Source of the DNA: a candidate division Kazan bacterium
GTDB lineage: Bacteria; Patescibacteriota; Kazan-3B-28
Assembly: GCA_003647645.1 (NCBI GenBank)
Contig: QMNG01000001.1
Location: 73,884 to 137,883 of the forward strand
DNA length: 64,000 nucleotides
Reading direction: 5' to 3'
Position numbers and translations under genes: made by a program. A model generated the notes under the pieces. The model saw nothing but the letters and a program-made list of their open reading frames with translations, had not been told where the DNA came from and ran no database searches. Positions 61,401 through 64,000 of this stretch are shown in pieces. Every line of letters starts with the position of its first letter. Within the stretch, counting starts at the first letter, position 1.

Positions 61401-61847
61401 CGATGAGCGAACTAGTTGTGAAACTATAACTCTCTCTACACCGTTGATGATAAAAGTACCCGATTTGGTCATAACGGGAATATCACCCAAAAAGACCTCC
61501 TGCTCTTTAATTTCCCCCGTGCCTTTGTTAACCAAGCGCAACTTAACCCGCAAACTGGCTTCGAAAGTCGAGTCCTGCTCTTTCGCTTCCCGTTCGGTGT
61601 ATTTGGGCTCCTCAAGGTAGTAGTCGACAAAATGCAGCTCCAAGTTCTTCCCGGTTAAATCTTCTATGGGGTTGATTTCATCAAAAAGCTCCCGCAAACC
61701 TTCGCGCAGGAAATGCTGATATGACTGGCGCTGAATACTATTTAGTTCGGGGAGAGGAGTTACCTTTTGAAAATCCGTATACCACTTATCTTTGTAATTG
61801 CTATTGTCCGTGATTATTGTATGACGTTCAAAATGCTTTTTGACCAT
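58407..61847 (-). CDS. rpoB: DNA-directed RNA polymerase subunit beta
   Basis: 1146 aa with conserved rpoB regions. Confidence 0.95.
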   Translation of the reverse strand: MVKKHFERHTIITDNSNYKDKWYTDFQKVTPLPELNSIQRQSYQHFLREGLRELFDEINPIEDLTGKNLELHFVDYYLEEPKYTEREAKEQDSTFEASLRVKLRLVNKGTGEIKEQEVFLGDIPVMTKSGTFIINGVERVIVSQLVRSSGVLFTREEGLSHGQYGVKIIPERGVWLELETNNKGVISVKIDRKRKTYITTLLRAFGVSNDSELIEMFADVDNDPKLSFIKATIEKDPAKSTDQALLEIYKKIRPGDLANVDNARNLFVNTFQNFRRYDLGAVGRYKINRRLNLDTKNDRDHRVLTLDDLKAITKEIIRLNNVGGAEDDVDHLKNRRVRAVGELIQNKFRTGLLRVERIVKDRMSVSEIGTLTPAQLINARPISAIMQEFFGSSQLSQFMDQTNPLAELEHKRRVSAMGPGGLSRERAGFDVRDVHTSHYGRICPIQTPEGQNIGLVGHLASYAKINDYGFIESPYRRVLSSVPNDGKSAINRTLFSNIVDPKTKNIVAGAGVKIDEKLAKKFVSIQGLDKIPVKAFITNKVEYLDAHTEENLTIAVSNIPTDEIGQIAVRYVNARRAGDPGTAVVGRVDYADVSPKQIVSVTTSLIPFVEHDDPKRALMGSNMQRQAVPLVNPQVPIVGTGMERDAAIGSGWVITAPSDGTIKYVDGTKIEFLPAGKRKTITYDLVKFSRSNAETNLTQTPIVSIGDRVSKGDPLCDGPSIKNGRLALGRNVLVAYLSWSGATYEDAIVISDRLVKDDVFSSIHIKRSEIDVRDTKLGPEITTRDIPNVGEDAVADLDEDGIIRIGAKVKSNDILVGKITPKGETELTSEERLLRAIFGEKIKDVKDTSLRLPHGGYGKVIGIKIFDADKGDKLEVGVLKRIYIYVAQMRKISVGDKLSGRHGNKGVISKIVPQADMPFLEDGTPVDIILNSLGVISRMNLGQILETHLGWAAGQMKINTINPVFESVNMPGIIEELKRANLPESGKTKLFDGRTGEQFCQDTTVGVAYILKLGHMVDDKIHARSIGPYALVTQQPLGGKAQLGGQRFGEMEVWALEGYGAAHTLEEMLTIKSDDVQGRSRTYESIVKGEPIQKPQTPEAFNVITKELQGLGLNVEVITDPEILKRPIGESAKPVRDRRDKNRARK

Positions 61848-62025
61848 AAAAATACCCTCTTTTTGAAAAGCTTACTTATCAAAAAGTAAGATTAGAACCT
61901 ACTTTTTGTGCTGGAGCATGTCCCAACAATAACTAAAAAAAATGCCTTTGTCAAATGTTAAAATAAACTTCTCCCATTATAAGAGGAAAGATACTACTTA
62001 TGCAACCCCTTTTTGTACCTTTTTA

Positions 62026-62838
62026 TTATTCCACCACAAAAGTGCGCTGCTTAGCCAAAACTCCATCCACTAGCACAGACACCTCATAGCTGCCGACAGC
62101 CCACAATCTATCGTGCCATCTTTTGCCCAAAGATTCGCGAACCAAATCCCAAACAATGCTGGTATCGCCCAGAACTGCTGATTCCAGAGAGGCAATTTCC
62201 AGATTATCTTTGACATAACGAACTTTTGTAACAATTTCCATATCTGGGTTGGCACCGGCAACATCAACCTGCACATAGATGATGTTGGTGTAGCGGCTAA
62301 AAACACTCTTGTCCTGAATAATTTGATAGTCATCACTTCGCTGGTCGCTGAGCTTAATGGCTTGAATTATTCCTTGGGCAGCAATTGAGCTGGCCTCATC
62401 GTCACTAATTATTTTGAAAAAGGCAGACTTGACAGTTTTTCCATTGAGCAAAACATCTGCCCGATATTCACCCAAGGGCCAGGTAATATCTTCCTTTTCA
62501 ATTTGAGAAGCCAAAAAACTTCTGGAGTCATGCTCATCAAAATCGAATCTCCCTCCCCTACCCTCAAAGTCCTCACTGGCGATAAGGGTATCGGGCAAGT
62601 GGTACCACTTTACCCGCACTTTAGTCCCGGCTGTAGGGTCAACCACTCTGGCCGAAAGATAGATATTCTTAGTTGTAGCAGCTATTTCAGCGACGCTGTT
62701 TTCCGCAGAGTTATCAAAAGCTATCGCAGTAGTGATGGTAATATCATCCACCCTAACCCCTTCCTGCGACGAGCATGACAGTCCGCCCAAGACTAAAAAG
62801 CTTACTAAGATAGTTAAAAGTTGATATTGGATTTTCAT
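62026..62838 (-). CDS. Secreted protein/lipoprotein, hypothetical
   Basis: Start re-assigned to MKIQYQLLTILVSFLVLGGLSCSS; the upstream-extended ORF overlaps lemA in another frame. Confidence 0.45.
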   Translation of the reverse strand: MKIQYQLLTILVSFLVLGGLSCSSQEGVRVDDITITTAIAFDNSAENSVAEIAATTKNIYLSARVVDPTAGTKVRVKWYHLPDTLIASEDFEGRGGRFDFDEHDSRSFLASQIEKEDITWPLGEYRADVLLNGKTVKSAFFKIISDDEASSIAAQGIIQAIKLSDQRSDDYQIIQDKSVFSRYTNIIYVQVDVAGANPDMEIVTKVRYVKDNLEIASLESAVLGDTSIVWDLVRESLGKRWHDRLWAVGSYEVSVLVDGVLAKQRTFVVE

Positions 62839-62866
62839 GGGTGAGATTGTGCTTGAACTACTTAGT

Positions 62867-63610
62867 CTAACTTTGGGGAGAAGCCGGCGGCTGCTCGGGC
62901 GGAGTTTCGTCCGCACTATCCTCGGGTAAGGTATTTTGAGTCGGTGGAGGCGAAGGGGGTTCTTTCTGGTCACGCTTGGGATCTGCTTCGGGCTGCTTGT
63001 CTGGCACCGGGGAAGCCGGTGCTGGCGAAGCATTCTTAGCCGGCGGCGAAGTTGGTTGACTAAAATCAACTTTGGGGGTTGCGGCTTCCGTCATATCCTC
63101 AAGCTCAAACATATCGCGTTTCTTAAAGTTGAACATATTGGCAATAACGTTAGTCGGAACTACCTCGCGGCGAATATTGTAGTCACGGACATTGGTATTG
63201 TAGAAGCGACGGGCTGACATAATCTTGTTCTCGGTTTCAGCCAGTTCCTCCTGCAGCGCCAAGAAATTCTGATTGGCTTTAAGCTCGGGATAGTTTTCAG
63301 CTACAGCGAATAGGGATTTTAGTGCTCCGGTCAGCATATTTTCGGCCTCGGCCCGATTTTTAATATCACCCTCACTGGCCGCAATAGCCTGAGCTCGGGC
63401 TTGGGTAACTTTTTCGAATAGCTCCCGTTCATGGGTGGCATAACCCTTCACAATATTTACTAAGTTGGGAATTAGATCGTGTCGACGTTTAAGTTGAACA
63501 CCGATATCGCTATCAGCTTCATTGACTCGATTTTTCAGTACAACCAAACCATTAAAAGCGATAATTGCCCACAAGGCGACTAAGATAATCAATAACAAAA
63601 CCCAAATCAT
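62867..63610 (-). CDS. lemA: LemA-family protein with a Pro-rich C-terminal tail
   Basis: N-terminal TM followed by DSDIGVQLKRRHDLIPNLV, a LemA-like pattern. Confidence 0.65.
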   Translation of the reverse strand: MIWVLLLIILVALWAIIAFNGLVVLKNRVNEADSDIGVQLKRRHDLIPNLVNIVKGYATHERELFEKVTQARAQAIAASEGDIKNRAEAENMLTGALKSLFAVAENYPELKANQNFLALQEELAETENKIMSARRFYNTNVRDYNIRREVVPTNVIANMFNFKKRDMFELEDMTEAATPKVDFSQPTSPPAKNASPAPASPVPDKQPEADPKRDQKEPPSPPPTQNTLPEDSADETPPEQPPASPQS

Positions 63611-63658
63611 AATTTTCTCCTTAAAAGTTAACTTTTACATAGCTCAGTATACATTCTT

Positions 63659-64000
63659 TTAGACATCTTGGGTAGTCAGGAGCCAGTTAGAGTAGATAAT
63701 TTTTTGTAACTCAGCAAATGTGAGATGCCGGGTCCAACTGAGATTCCACCAGCCGTTCTTGCGCCAAGCAGAATCCTTAGCTGAGTGATTAATTATCTTA
63801 AAATCGTTACCTAAAAAGTAGCGAAAGTTAAGATAGGCTCGCCTTTGGTGATATGGAGAAGTCACTAAAATAATGGAATTTATTTTATTTGACTCCATTA
63901 TATCGGCAACATAATTGGCATTTTCCCAAGTTGTTTGGGCATTTTCCTCGATAATAATGCTGGATGCCGGAATCCCCAAACTGATCGCTATTTGCTTCAT
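63659..64000 (-). CDS. DUF218/YdcF (SanA/ElyC-like) family protein, 5'-truncated by the window edge
   Basis: ENAQTTWENA...ILVTSPYHQRRA, the DUF218 pattern. Confidence 0.55.
   Translation of the reverse strand: MKQIAISLGIPASSIIIEENAQTTWENANYVADIMESNKINSIILVTSPYHQRRAYLNFRYFLGNDFKIINHSAKDSAWRKNGWWNLSWTRHLTFAELQKIIYSNWLLTTQDV

Noticed and set aside
62026-63069. 347-aa ORF extending the lipoprotein gene upstream through lemA
   Set aside because: The first 77 codons overlap the lemA coding sequence in another frame and encode an Arg/Leu/Pro-rich low-complexity peptide. The hydrophobic signal peptide begins at the internal Met (62838).

Overview
The window looks like a compact Patescibacteria/CPR-type bacterial chromosome segment. 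The evidence is tight or overlapping genes, several GTG starts, long extensions on r-proteins, and the absence of L30 and L1/L10/L11/L7 from their usual places. It has three blocks. (1) 1-19.7 kb holds housekeeping genes: a thioredoxin-like CxxC protein, tRNA-Leu(CAA), glyA, an RNA methyltransferase, rpmA, a small wHTH+Cas2-like gene flanked by direct repeats, pyrG, alr, gyrB, pheS-pheT behind a long structured leader, a DinG-like exonuclease with a degenerate helicase ATPase, and cdaA-cdaR with degenerate cyclase motifs. (2) About 19.7-31.1 kb is an accessory island abutting tRNA-Trp(CCA). It carries small secreted or membrane proteins, a SAM methyltransferase, a TetR/alpha-beta-hydrolase pair, a patatin phospholipase and an Ltp-like protein. 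It also carries a 4-gene membrane-associated cassette bracketed by ~45-bp att-like direct repeats, one of which overlaps the tRNA-Trp 3' end. Three diverged copies of an intergenic repeat sit 3' of minus-strand genes in the island. (3) 31.3-61.8 kb is an uninterrupted minus-strand supercluster running rpoB-rpoC-rpsL-rpsG-fusA-[extra membrane gene]-tuf, then the S10, spc and alpha operons, then rpsI-secE-nusG-rpmG, followed by a lipoprotein, lemA and a partial DUF218 gene. No CRISPR array, rRNA gene or transposase was seen. Coordinates I counted by hand, rather than took from the ORF track, may be off by 1-2 nt.
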